39,079 bases of DNA from Blastococcus sp. (GCA_025963345.1 JAOPUS010000029.1:1-39079); one strand, 5' to 3'; counted from the stretch's first letter, positions 10,046 through 19,574 are shown. Numbers and translations are program-made. Notes: generated by a model from the sequence alone, not told the origin.

Positions 10046-11053
10046 CTAGTGGTCGCGCGTGGTCCGGTCGACCAGGTCGATCGCGGTGCACAGGCCGAGG
10101 GCCATGGCTCGGCCGCTGGTCGAACCGGTGGCCAGCAGACCGGCGACGGCCGGTGCAAGCGGGCGTTCACCGACCAGGCCGTGCAGCACGGCCGCGTACT
10201 CGCCGCTGACCCGGCCGCAGGCGGCGTGCCGCAGCAGGGCCCGGGACAGCTCGGTCGTGCGCCCGGCGGCCAGGGCGTAGACCCCGGCCGCGAACCGCTC
10301 CGCCGAGGGGTGCCCGAGGAGCACCAGACCGGCGATCGTCCCCGCCATGACGTCGTCCCCGGCCGGGGTGAGGCCCGGGCCGAGGCCGATCAGCCGGGTG
10401 GCCGTTCGCAGCGCCGCGTCCATGTCGGCGCGGCGCACGGCTCCGCGCAGGGCCGCCAGCGGCCCGCCGGGACCCGTGGGGAGCCCGGGCAGGGTGAAGG
10501 CGCTGTGCGGCACACCTTCCCCGTAGAGGGCGTTTCGCAGCTGGCGCACCCCCTCCGGGAGGAGGGCCGGGCGGAGGCTGGGCAGCTTGGGGCGCGGGTT
10601 CCACCACGCCGCGGCGCTGACCGCGAGGTCGCCCACGACGATCCGGCCGCCCCCGACCTCGGCCGGAGCGCCGCTGGGCAGCGACACCAGGGGCCGCCCG
10701 TTGCTCGGGCGGAAGAGCACGCAGCCCAGCGGCAACCGGGCGGCGTCGCTGGTGAGGACCCCGACGACGTCGCCGCCGCGATCGTTGGACACCTGCAGGT
10801 ACACGGCCGCCGGCACGCTCATGAGGACGCGCGCCGGCCGGACGGGCCCGCGGAGGAGTTCGGCCACACCGGTGCTGGCCGAGGCCGGCACGGCGGTCGC
10901 GGAACGGGCGGGCCGTGCGGTCCGCGCCGTGGCCTGCGCCGAGGCGCGCGGCAGAGGAATCGTGGGAAATCCGGCCTGCGCGGCTCGGCCGCGGTGCGGC
11001 GCTTCCGTATGCAGGCGGCTGCCCGGGCCATTGGTGTCATCGATGGTGCGCAT
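10046..11053 (-). CDS. DUF2877 (YlbF/AllH-like) protein
   Basis: LIGLGPGLTPAGDD..AG, RTT.LS and G.TSG motifs. Confidence 0.85.
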   Translation of the reverse strand: MRTIDDTNGPGSRLHTEAPHRGRAAQAGFPTIPLPRASAQATARTARPARSATAVPASASTGVAELLRGPVRPARVLMSVPAAVYLQVSNDRGGDVVGVLTSDAARLPLGCVLFRPSNGRPLVSLPSGAPAEVGGGRIVVGDLAVSAAAWWNPRPKLPSLRPALLPEGVRQLRNALYGEGVPHSAFTLPGLPTGPGGPLAALRGAVRRADMDAALRTATRLIGLGPGLTPAGDDVMAGTIAGLVLLGHPSAERFAAGVYALAAGRTTELSRALLRHAACGRVSGEYAAVLHGLVGERPLAPAVAGLLATGSTSGRAMALGLCTAIDLVDRTTRDH

Positions 11054-11220
11054 GGCGGCCCTTCAGCGGAGGGACGACGGGAGGCGCCGACCCCCCGCCC
11101 GGTTCGGCCCCACTCCACCAGCAGGGGGAGGGTGGTCGCTCGTCGGGAGCGACGGCCTACCATCCAGCGGGCGGTGTGGACCCGGGTTCGAACCTATGCG
11201 GCGCGTCGCACGCCCTCTTA

Positions 11221-11235
11221 TGGCGGAAGTCGCCA
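11221..11235. promoter_or_regulatory. Candidate operator palindrome TGGCG-N5-CGCCA in the divergent DUF2877/PucR intergenic region
   Basis: Inverted repeat visible; assignment to PucR is inference. Confidence 0.3.
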
Positions 11236-11317
11236 AGAATGGGGGTCGTCGTCCAGGGACACCTGACAGGATGTCGGGGTGTGGCAACCTGCTCGATGAC
11301 AATGAGGGGGAAGCGTC

Positions 11318-13264
11318 GTGACCCAGGGTGATACCTCACTGGTGGCTTCAACGCACCGTAACGGCTCCGTTCCGTTCCGGCGTAACTGGGCTGTCGCCGA
11401 GTCGCGGGCGGAGACCACCCGGGACGACCGCACCAGCTGGCAGGAGCGGATGGGCCTGACCGTCGAGGAGGCCCTCGAGCTGCCCGGTCTGGCCGGGACG
11501 ACGGTCGCCGCCGGCGCCTCCGGGCTCGGCCGCGTCGTCCGCCACATGGTGGTCGACGACCCCTCCGATCCGCTGGCCGCCGCGGGTCCCGACGTCCTCG
11601 TCGTCCTCGGGGCACGGCTCCCACCGGCCGACCCGGCCAACTGCCGGGCCCTGGTCGAGCGGCTGGACTCGATGGGCACCTCCGCCCTCGCCTTCCGCCG
11701 GACCGAGGGTCCCGCGCCCGTACCCGGCGAGGTCCTCGCCGAGGCGGACCGCCGCGGCCTGCCCGTCCTGGCGCTGCCGCCCGGCGTCCGCATGGACGAG
11801 GTGGTGTCGGAGGTCCTCGGCACCGTCGTCACCAAGCAGGGGCAGGCGCTCGCGCTGTCCTCCCGCATGGATGACGAGTTCATGGAAGTGGCCCTCACCG
11901 GGGGCGGACTGACCCAGGTCTCCCAGCGGCTGGCCGTGATGCTCGAGGGCACGGCCGTCCTGGGCCTGGGCCCCGACCGCGAGGTCGTCACCAGCGCCGG
12001 GCCGGCCGCCGACGTGGCCGAGATCAGCGACTGGCTCTGGCTGCTCGACGCGGCCGCCGACGACGCGCTCGCCGAGCTCACGCCCTCGCGGCGGCTGTCC
12101 GGGGTGCGCGCGGACCAGACCGTCGTCACCCCTGCCGACGTCCTGGCCGATGCGGACCTCTCGCCGGCCGACGGCATCCTGCTGGTGCCCGGTCACCACG
12201 AACTGCCCGGCGGGGTGGGGGAGTACGCGGTGGCGCCGATCATGGCCGGCGACCAGCGGCACGGCTGGCTGGTCGCCGTGCACCGCCACGGCGCGATGAT
12301 GCTGGGTGCCGGCGGCGTCCTGGAGCGGGCAGCGGTCATCGCGGCCCTCTCGGTCATCCGCCTCCAGGCCGTGCACTCGGTGGAACTGCGCTTCCAGGGA
12401 GACCTGGTGCGCCGGCTGGTCGGCGGTTCCGTCGGCCACACCGAGCGGACACTGGCCTACACCCGGTCCTTCGGCTGGCGGCTCGACGGCCCGGTCGCCG
12501 TCCTGGTCACCGCCACCGAGACGGTCGCCGACGCGGCGGCCGACCCCACCAAGGCCCTCGACGTGCTCGACCGGCTGGCCGACGGCTGGCGGGCCGCACT
12601 CGAACCGGAGGTGGCCGGCGCCGCCGTCGCGGGACTGGCCACCGAGATCGTCACTCTGCTGCCGCTCGACGGCCGGACGCTCGAGGAGCTCTCCGCGCTC
12701 GTCTCCGCCGTCACCTCCCGGGTCAACGGCCGGCTACGGCGCGTCGGCCGGGTGCTGGGCACCGGGATCGGGCGGCCGGCGGAGTCCCTGTCGGCGCTGC
12801 GGGAGGCGCACCGGCAGGCGCAGCGGGCCCTGGGCGTGGGGCAGGAGATCCACGGCGCCGCCTCGGTCACGCACTTCGACCAACTCGGCGTCTTCCGGCT
12901 GCTGTCGCTCATCCCGGACAGCACCGAGCTGCGCACGTACGTCGACGAGGTGCTCGGCCCGCTGGCCGACGCCGCCGACGCGGACTCTGCGGACCTCCGG
13001 GAGACCCTGCGGGTCCTGCTGGAGACCAACCTCAACGTCGCGGAGTCGGCCCGCCGGCTGCACTTCCACTACAACACGATGCGCTACCGGATCGGGAAGC
13101 TGGAGCGGATGCTCGGGCCCTTCACGACCGATCCGACCCTGCGGCTGAACCTGCTGCTCGCGCTGCACGCGGCCCGGATGCGCGGCCTGGACCAGCCGCA
13201 CCGGCCGCCGGTGGAGGCCGGGTACACCGCGGCGGCCGACGACGGCCTCGACTCCCTGCTCTGA
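11318..13264 (+). CDS. PucR family transcriptional regulator
   Basis: N-terminal LTV.E.L.LP.L....VAAG..GL.R.V purine-catabolism domain; C-terminal HTH NVAESARRLHFHYNTMRYRI.KLE; start uncertain (alternative 11450). Confidence 0.92.
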   Translation: MTQGDTSLVASTHRNGSVPFRRNWAVAESRAETTRDDRTSWQERMGLTVEEALELPGLAGTTVAAGASGLGRVVRHMVVDDPSDPLAAAGPDVLVVLGARLPPADPANCRALVERLDSMGTSALAFRRTEGPAPVPGEVLAEADRRGLPVLALPPGVRMDEVVSEVLGTVVTKQGQALALSSRMDDEFMEVALTGGGLTQVSQRLAVMLEGTAVLGLGPDREVVTSAGPAADVAEISDWLWLLDAAADDALAELTPSRRLSGVRADQTVVTPADVLADADLSPADGILLVPGHHELPGGVGEYAVAPIMAGDQRHGWLVAVHRHGAMMLGAGGVLERAAVIAALSVIRLQAVHSVELRFQGDLVRRLVGGSVGHTERTLAYTRSFGWRLDGPVAVLVTATETVADAAADPTKALDVLDRLADGWRAALEPEVAGAAVAGLATEIVTLLPLDGRTLEELSALVSAVTSRVNGRLRRVGRVLGTGIGRPAESLSALREAHRQAQRALGVGQEIHGAASVTHFDQLGVFRLLSLIPDSTELRTYVDEVLGPLADAADADSADLRETLRVLLETNLNVAESARRLHFHYNTMRYRIGKLERMLGPFTTDPTLRLNLLLALHAARMRGLDQPHRPPVEAGYTAAADDGLDSLL

Positions 13265-13283
13265 CTACCCGGTCCGCCGCTCC

Positions 13284-14021
13284 ATGCACCCGGACGTCGC
13301 CGCGCTGATCGCCAGGATGGCAGCACTGCTGCGCCTGCTGGAGGACACCCGCGACCCGGCCCGGTACTTCCTGGGCACCTACCTGCGCACCACCCGTGCG
13401 GTCGCGGCGGCTCTCGACGCCGGGATGTTCGAGGACCCGGAGTGGGTCGCATGCTGGGACGTCGACTTCGCCGCCTTGTTCCTCGACGCGCTCGAGGCCT
13501 ACCGGGCCGATCCGGCGGGGGTCGCTGCGCCCTGGCGGCTCGCCTTCGGCGCGAAACCCGGCCTGCCGCCGGAGGCGCACGTCTTGCTGGGCATGAACGC
13601 GCACATCAACTTCGACCTGCCGCAGTCGCTGGTCCGCATGATCCCGCCGGAGGAGTTCACCGGCCCGGGACGGCTGGAACTCCGCCGCCGCGACCATGAG
13701 CGGATCGACGCCGTCCTGGCCGCCCAGGTCGCCGAGGAGGACGTCGCCCTGCAGCTCGCAGGTGGGCGCCGGACCCTCCTGGACCGGGTGCTGGCACCGG
13801 CCAACCGCGGCGCCAGCCGGTTGTTCCTGCGCGAGTCGCGGCGGAAGGTGTGGGCCAACGCCGGCGCCCTGCACGAGGCGCGGCTACGGGGTGCGGCCGA
13901 CTACGCCCTGTGTCTCGCGGACCTCGAGGCCGCCAGCGCGGCGAGGGTGGCCGACCTGCTGCGCCCGGGGCCGGTCCTGCTGCGGCTGGCCGTTCACGGC
14001 TTCGGCGTCACGCTGGCCTGA
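13284..14021 (+). CDS. DUF5995 family protein
   Basis: YF...Y..TT, F.DP.WV...D..FA, W..AF, LLGMNAHINFDL motifs. Confidence 0.75.
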   Translation: MHPDVAALIARMAALLRLLEDTRDPARYFLGTYLRTTRAVAAALDAGMFEDPEWVACWDVDFAALFLDALEAYRADPAGVAAPWRLAFGAKPGLPPEAHVLLGMNAHINFDLPQSLVRMIPPEEFTGPGRLELRRRDHERIDAVLAAQVAEEDVALQLAGGRRTLLDRVLAPANRGASRLFLRESRRKVWANAGALHEARLRGAADYALCLADLEAASAARVADLLRPGPVLLRLAVHGFGVTLA

Positions 14022-14102
14022 GGGATCCGTGGTGCCGGATTCCGATCGTGGGCGCAGGCTGGAGCAGCGTGCCGCGCGGACTGACGCAGGAGGAGGTCGT
14101 CC

Positions 14103-14861
14103 ATGTCCGAGGCCGGTCGTCCCCTGGACGGCAGGATCGCTCTGGTGACCGGGGCCTCGTCCGGCATCGGTGAGGCCACCGCCGTCGCACTGGCCGAGGC
14201 GGGTGCCGTGGTCGCCGTCGGCGCCCGGCGCAAGGACCGGCTGGATGCGCTCGCCACACGGCTCCGGGACGGCGGGGCGACGGTGCTCCCGTTGGACCTC
14301 GACGTCACCGACGAGCAGGCCTGCCGCGACGCCGTCCGCCGGACCCGGGAGGAGCTCGGCGGGCTCGACGTCCTCGTCAACAGCGCCGGCCTCATGCTGC
14401 TGGGCACGATCGTCGGCGCCGACACCGAGGACTGGCGGCGGATGATCGAGACCAACGTCCTCGGGCTGATGTACATGACCCATGCGGCGATCGAGGGCCT
14501 GGTCGAGCAGGGCTCCGGGGACGTCGTCAACATCTCCAGCGTCGCCGGCCGGGTGGCCCGCAAGGGCGCCGGTGTCTACAACGCCAGCAAGTGGGCGGTG
14601 AACGCCTTCAGCGAGTCGCTGCGCCAGGAGGTGACCGGCCGGGGCGTCCGGGTCTCCCTGGTCGAGCCCGGCGCCGTGACGACGGAACTGACCGACCACA
14701 TCACCCAGCCCGACGCCAAGGCCGCCTCGGTGCAGATGTACACGAGCATGCGGTCGCTGCACGCCGACGACATCGCCCGCGCGATCCTCTACGTCGTCAC
14801 CCAGCCGCCGCACGTGGCGATCAACGAGATCCTCGTCCGTCCCACCGACCAGGAGCGCTGA
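14103..14861 (+). CDS. Classical SDR family oxidoreductase (clavaldehyde reductase/YdfG-like)
   Basis: TGASSGIG, NSAG, SSVAG, YNASK, INEILVRPT; SD AGGAGG. Confidence 0.95.
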   Translation: MSEAGRPLDGRIALVTGASSGIGEATAVALAEAGAVVAVGARRKDRLDALATRLRDGGATVLPLDLDVTDEQACRDAVRRTREELGGLDVLVNSAGLMLLGTIVGADTEDWRRMIETNVLGLMYMTHAAIEGLVEQGSGDVVNISSVAGRVARKGAGVYNASKWAVNAFSESLRQEVTGRGVRVSLVEPGAVTTELTDHITQPDAKAASVQMYTSMRSLHADDIARAILYVVTQPPHVAINEILVRPTDQER

Positions 14862-14901
14862 CGACTCCCGGTCGACCTACCGGTCTGCTACCTGTACGTC
14901 C

Positions 14902-16116
14902 GTGACCACGTTGCCCGCGCCCCTGCTCGCCGTCACCGAAGCACGCCTGCGCGACGGCCGGGTGGTGGACGTGCACTGCGCCGGCGGCGCGGTCACGGCC
15001 CTCGTGCCGACCGGGACGCTGCCCGTGCCGCCCGGCGCCGAGCTCGTGCAGGCTGCGGGCGGGCTGGTCACCGAGCCCTTCGTCGACGCCCACCTGCACC
15101 TGGACAAGGTGCGCACCCTGCCGCTCATCGGCGACGCGGCGCTGCAGGCCTACACCGCTGACGGCATGGGCGACTCGGCGCGCGGCATCGACCTCGCTCG
15201 GGCGGTCAAGCAGCACTACCGGATCGAGACCCTCCTCCCGTGCATCCGGCAGGCGCTGGCCGACGGACTGCGGAACGGCGTCCAGCACGTCCAGGCGTTC
15301 GCCGACGTCGACACCGCCGCGGGGCTGACCGGCGTGCGGGCCGTGCTCGCCGCACGGGAGGAGTTCCGGGGACGGGTCGACGTCTCCGTCGTCGCCTTCC
15401 CGCAGGACGGTGTGCTGCGGGACCCGGGGGCCGCCGAGCTGGTCGAGGAGGCGATGGCTGCCGGCGCCGACGTCGTCGGCGGCATCCCGTGGATCGAGGC
15501 CGGCACCGCCGACCAGGAGGCGCACGTGGAGTGGGCCTGCGCGCTGGCCGCCCGGCTGGGACGCCGGGTCGCGATGCTCACCGACGACGCGCCGGATCCC
15601 GCCTACGACACCACCCGCATGCTCGCCGAGGCGATGCGCCGGCACGGTCTGGAGGGGCGGGGCGTGGCCTGCCATGCCCGGGCCGTCGGGCACTACGACG
15701 ACGACCGGCAGAACGCACTCCTCGACCTGGCCCGTGAAGTCGGCCTGGGTCTGGTCAGCGATCCGCACACCGGTTCGGTCGTCCTGCCCGTCGAGCGGGC
15801 CCTCCAGCGGGGCGTGGCCGTGGCGCTCGGCCAGGACGACATCGAGGACGCGTACTACCCCTTCGGCCGCCACAACCTGCTCGAGGTGGCGTTCCTGGCC
15901 GCGCACCTGCTGGACATGCGCTCGGCGCCGCAACTGGAGGTGCTCGTCGACCTGGTGACGACGTCGGCCGCGCGCGTCCTCGGCCTTCCCGGCTACGGCC
16001 TCCGCGAGGGCAGCCCCGCGGACCTCCTGGTGCACGATGCGGCGCGGACGGTCGACCTGCTCGCCCGCCACGAACCGCCGCGCGTGGACATCCGCGCCGG
16101 CCAGATCGTCAGCTGA
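14902..16116 (+). CDS. Amidohydrolase, cytosine deaminase (CodA)-like, with a variant active site
   Basis: DAHLHLDK, VAFPQDG, VVGGIPW, ACHA, LGQDDI.D.YYPFG, PADL; substrate not assignable. Confidence 0.88.
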   Translation: MTTLPAPLLAVTEARLRDGRVVDVHCAGGAVTALVPTGTLPVPPGAELVQAAGGLVTEPFVDAHLHLDKVRTLPLIGDAALQAYTADGMGDSARGIDLARAVKQHYRIETLLPCIRQALADGLRNGVQHVQAFADVDTAAGLTGVRAVLAAREEFRGRVDVSVVAFPQDGVLRDPGAAELVEEAMAAGADVVGGIPWIEAGTADQEAHVEWACALAARLGRRVAMLTDDAPDPAYDTTRMLAEAMRRHGLEGRGVACHARAVGHYDDDRQNALLDLAREVGLGLVSDPHTGSVVLPVERALQRGVAVALGQDDIEDAYYPFGRHNLLEVAFLAAHLLDMRSAPQLEVLVDLVTTSAARVLGLPGYGLREGSPADLLVHDAARTVDLLARHEPPRVDIRAGQIVS

Positions 16117-16149
16117 CGAGGGGCAGAAATGGCCATTTCTGCCCCTCGT
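16116..16149. terminator. Perfect 34-bp palindrome, probable bidirectional terminator
   Basis: ACGAGGGGCAGAAATGG|CCATTTCTGCCCCTCGT fills the gap between convergent stop codons. Confidence 0.8.
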
Positions 16150-17694
16150 TCAGTCGTGGAAGACCTCGATGTGCGCGCCCATCTCCACCAGCCGCTCGTA
16201 GAGGTGCTCGTAGCCGCGGGCGATGATGTCGACGTTGCGCAGGACCGAGGTCCCCTTGGCGGCCAGCATGGCCAGCAGGATGCAGACGGCGGGGCGCAGT
16301 GCCGGCGGGCAGACGACCTCCGCGCTCGACCAGCGGGTGGGTCCGGTGACCAGCACGCGGTGCGGGTCCAGGAGCCGGACGTCGGCGCCGAGCCGGGTCA
16401 GGTCCGACAGGTGGATGGCGCGGTTGTCGTAGACCCAGTCGTGGATCAGCGTCGAGCCCTCGGCCTGGGCCGCGATGACGGCGAAGAACGGCAGGTTGTC
16501 GATGTTGAGGCCCGGGAACGGCATCGGGTGGATCTTGTCGATCGGTGCCCGCAGCACCGACGGCGAGATCGTGATGTCGGCCAGCCGGGTGTGCCCGTTG
16601 TCGGCGAGGTAGTCGGGGGAGAGCTCGTAGCGCAGCCCCATCTCGGCGAGCACGGCGAGCTCGATCTCCAGGAAGTCGATCGGCGCCCGGCACACGGTGA
16701 GCTCCGACCCGGTCACGATGCCCGCGGTGAGCAGGCTCATCGCCTCCACCGGGTCCTCGCTGATCGTGTAGTCGACGTCCGCGTCGAGCACCGGCCGGCC
16801 GTGCACCACCAGCGTGGTCGTGCCGAGTCCCTCGATGCCGACGCCGAGCAGCTGCAGGTACAGGCAGAGGTCCTGGACCATGTAGTTGGAGCTGGCGTTG
16901 CGGATCGTGGTCGTGCCGTCGGTGCGGGCAGCGGCCAGGAGCGCGTTCTCGGTCACGGTGTCGCCGCGCTCGGTCAGCACGATCGCCCTCGCCGGGGCGC
17001 CGGTGTGCGTCACGGTCGCGTGGTACTCGCCGGCCCGGGCCTCGATCTCCAGGCCGAACGGGCGCAGCGCGATCATGTGCGGCTGCACGGTCCGGGTGCC
17101 CAGGTCGCAGCCGCCGGCGTAGGGCAGCTGGAAGGTCTGCGCCCGGTGCAGCAGCGGGCCGAGGAACATGATGATGCTGCGGGTGCGGCGGGCGGCGTCG
17201 GCGTCGATCCCGGCCAGGTCCAGATCGGCGGGGACGACGAGCGTGAGGTCATGGCCGGTCGCATCCCACGTGGCGGAGACGCCGATCGAGCGCAGCACGT
17301 CGAGGATGCGCTCGACCTCGACGATGCGGGCCACGTTGCGCAGCGTCGTCCGGCCGCGGTTGAGCAGTGCGGCGCACAGCAGTGCCACCGCCGCGTTCTT
17401 CGACGACTTCACGACCACGCTTCCGCGCAGCGGACGGCCGCCCTCGACCCGCAGGTGGGTGGGGCCGGTCGGGCCGAGGTTGATCAGCTCGCTCTCCAGC
17501 GCCGTGGAGAGGCGGCTGAGCAGTTCGAGGGTGAGGTTCTGCCCGCCCTGCTCGATCCGGGCGACGGCGCTCTGACTGGTGCCGAGACGGTCGGCGAGCT
17601 GTTGCTGGGTGAGCCCGCGATGGCGGCGGGCGTCGCGGACGAGGGAGCCGATGCGCCGCATGACGCTGTCGGCGGGAAGATCGGTGAGCGTCAC
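16150..17694 (-). CDS. murA: XRE-family HTH domain fused to UDP-N-acetylglucosamine 1-carboxyvinyltransferase
   Basis: N-terminal GLTQQQLADRLGTSQSAVARIEQG HTH; then KNAA, RTRS, GGCDLGTR, VTENALLAAA, PFPG...D, YDNR, PALR, RGYE. Confidence 0.92.
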   Translation of the reverse strand: MTLTDLPADSVMRRIGSLVRDARRHRGLTQQQLADRLGTSQSAVARIEQGGQNLTLELLSRLSTALESELINLGPTGPTHLRVEGGRPLRGSVVVKSSKNAAVALLCAALLNRGRTTLRNVARIVEVERILDVLRSIGVSATWDATGHDLTLVVPADLDLAGIDADAARRTRSIIMFLGPLLHRAQTFQLPYAGGCDLGTRTVQPHMIALRPFGLEIEARAGEYHATVTHTGAPARAIVLTERGDTVTENALLAAARTDGTTTIRNASSNYMVQDLCLYLQLLGVGIEGLGTTTLVVHGRPVLDADVDYTISEDPVEAMSLLTAGIVTGSELTVCRAPIDFLEIELAVLAEMGLRYELSPDYLADNGHTRLADITISPSVLRAPIDKIHPMPFPGLNIDNLPFFAVIAAQAEGSTLIHDWVYDNRAIHLSDLTRLGADVRLLDPHRVLVTGPTRWSSAEVVCPPALRPAVCILLAMLAAKGTSVLRNVDIIARGYEHLYERLVEMGAHIEVFHD

Positions 17695-17700
17695 AGGGAC

Positions 17701-17721
17701 ACATTATCTCGCATGTGAGAT
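17701..17721 (-). promoter_or_regulatory. -10 element (TAATGT) and abutting palindrome ATCTCGCATGTGAGAT, putative operator of HTH-murA
   Basis: 16-bp near-perfect inverted repeat at 17706-17721; TANNNT at 17706-17701 is 6 nt before the GTG at 17694. Confidence 0.6.
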
Positions 17722-17770
17722 GACACCCGGGACCGAGCCGCCGTGTGTCGCGGACGGTCAGAATGCACTG

Positions 17771-18517
17771 GTGGACGTACTCGTGACCGGCGGCACCGGT
17801 CGGCTCGGTCAGCGGCTCATCGGTCCCCTTCAGGCGGCCGGACACTCCGTCAAGCAGATGTCGCGGCGCGGCACCGGCCCCGGCGGCGTCCGGGGCGACC
17901 TGGCCGCCGGACGCGACCTGGCGACGGCACTCGCGGGGGCGGAGGTGGTCGTGCATGCGGCGAGCGACCCGCGTGGGGACCCGTGGCAGGTGGACGTCGC
18001 CGGCACGCGGCGCTTGGTCGAAGCTGTCGACCGCGACCGGCTGCAGCACCTGGTCTACGTCTCGATCGTGGGCGTGGACAAGATTCCCTACGGCTACTAC
18101 CGCGCCAAGTTCGCCGCCGAGCAGGTGCTGCTGGCCTCGGGTCTGCCCGTGACCCTGCTGCGGGCCACCCAGTTCCACGACTTCGTCGACGTCCTGCTCG
18201 ACTCCGCCCGCCGGGGCCCGGTGCTCCCCGTGCCGATGGGCTGGCGGGTGCAGCCGGTCGACGTCGGCGAGGTCGCCGACTACGTGACCGAGGTGTGTGC
18301 CGCTCCGCCGGCCGGCGGTGTGGTCGAGTTCGGCGGCCCGGAGGACCTGTCGGCAGCCGATCTGGCCCGCGCCTGGGCGTCGGCCCGCGCTCCGGGCGCC
18401 CACGTGGTGGCGACCCCGGTGCCCGGGAAGCTGAGCGCGGCCTTCCGGGACGGCGCCGCGCTGCCCTCCTCCGGTGCCCGGGGACGCCGGACCTACGCCC
18501 AGCACCTGAACGGCTGA
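17771..18517 (+). CDS. Atypical SDR / NAD(P)-binding Rossmann-fold protein
   Basis: VLVTGGTGRLG, VVHAAS, YVSIVG, YYRAK, LRATQFHD. Confidence 0.88.
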   Translation: MDVLVTGGTGRLGQRLIGPLQAAGHSVKQMSRRGTGPGGVRGDLAAGRDLATALAGAEVVVHAASDPRGDPWQVDVAGTRRLVEAVDRDRLQHLVYVSIVGVDKIPYGYYRAKFAAEQVLLASGLPVTLLRATQFHDFVDVLLDSARRGPVLPVPMGWRVQPVDVGEVADYVTEVCAAPPAGGVVEFGGPEDLSAADLARAWASARAPGAHVVATPVPGKLSAAFRDGAALPSSGARGRRTYAQHLNG

Positions 18518-18628
18518 ACGGCCGGCCGACCGCAGGGTTCCTGCCACCTGTCGGAGCGGAACGGACCTCCTGGACGCGCTGTCCGATACCCGCCGGAAAG
18601 CGTCCGAGGGGCCGCCTAGGGTTCGACC

Positions 18629-19555
18629 GTGAACACCGGGTCAGCCGCGCCGCCGAGCGGCCGCACCATCCTCGCCGTCGTCGTCACGCTCCTCGCCTGG
18701 GCGTCGGCCTTCGTGGCGATCCGCGGGGTGGGGGAGGACTTCTCCCCGGGGGCGCTGGCGCTCGGCCGGCTGCTGATCGGCACGGCGGTCCTCGGGGTGC
18801 TGCTGGCCGGGCGCGGCTGGATCCGGCCGACGGGCCGGGAGTGGGCGCTGCTGGTCGTCTGCGGCGTCGGCTGGTTCGGCGTCTACAACGTGTCCCTCAA
18901 CGCCGCCGAACAGCACCTGGACGCCGGCACGACGGCGATGCTGGTCAACATCGGCCCGATCCTGATCGCGGTCTTCGCCGGGCTGCTCCTGGGCGAGGGG
19001 TTCCCGCGCTGGCTCGTGGCCGGCATCGCCGTCGCCTTCGCGGGTGTCGTGCTGATCGGGGTGGCCACGCGCAGCGCCGAGACCGAGCTCGTGGGCGTCG
19101 TCCTGTGCGTGGTCGCAGCGGTCACGTACGCGGGCGGGGTGGTCGCCCAGAAGCCGCTCCTGCGGCGCCTGCCGGCCCTGCAGGTGACGTTCACCGCCTG
19201 CGCGAAGGGCGCCGTCTGCTGCCTGCCGTGGGCCGGCGCGTTGGTCGACGAGCTGGGCTCGGCACCGGCCGGATCCGTCGCGGTGATGGTCTACCTCGGC
19301 GCGGTGCCGACGGCGCTGGCGTTCAGCACCTGGGCGTACGCGCTCAGCCGGATGGATGCCGGGAAGCTCGGCGTCACCACGTACCTGGTCCCGCCCCTGG
19401 TGATCCTCCTGGGCTGGCTGCTGCTCGACGAGGTGCCGCCGGCGCTCGCCCTGGTCGGCGGAGCCATCTGCCTCGCCGGGGTGGGTCTGTCCCGCCGCCG
19501 CACGCGCGTCCGGCCGCCGGTGCCCGTACCGCAGGAGGCCAGCCCCACCGTCTGA
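18629..19555 (+). CDS. EamA/DMT family transporter
   Basis: About 10 hydrophobic segments; WASAFVAIR, LLGE, YLGAVPTALAFSTW; TAGGGT -10 lies 6 nt before the GTG. Confidence 0.92.
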   Translation: MNTGSAAPPSGRTILAVVVTLLAWASAFVAIRGVGEDFSPGALALGRLLIGTAVLGVLLAGRGWIRPTGREWALLVVCGVGWFGVYNVSLNAAEQHLDAGTTAMLVNIGPILIAVFAGLLLGEGFPRWLVAGIAVAFAGVVLIGVATRSAETELVGVVLCVVAAVTYAGGVVAQKPLLRRLPALQVTFTACAKGAVCCLPWAGALVDELGSAPAGSVAVMVYLGAVPTALAFSTWAYALSRMDAGKLGVTTYLVPPLVILLGWLLLDEVPPALALVGGAICLAGVGLSRRRTRVRPPVPVPQEASPTV

Positions 19556-19574
19556 GGGATCGGTCGGTTCAGAG

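Noticed and set aside
11184-11195. GGGTTCGAACC resembling a tRNA T-loop or SOS half-sites
   Set aside because: No cloverleaf can be formed around it, and the geometry is not TCGAAC-N4-GTTCGA.
18518-18628. Imperfect hairpins in intergenic gaps (also 29075-29200)
   Set aside because: Weak, mismatched stems in very GC-rich DNA; not distinguishable from chance by eye.
19205-19207. Lys codon within a predicted TM helix of EamA (ACAKGAV)
   Set aside because: A single odd residue that may be a base-call error or neutral variant; not interpretable without reads.
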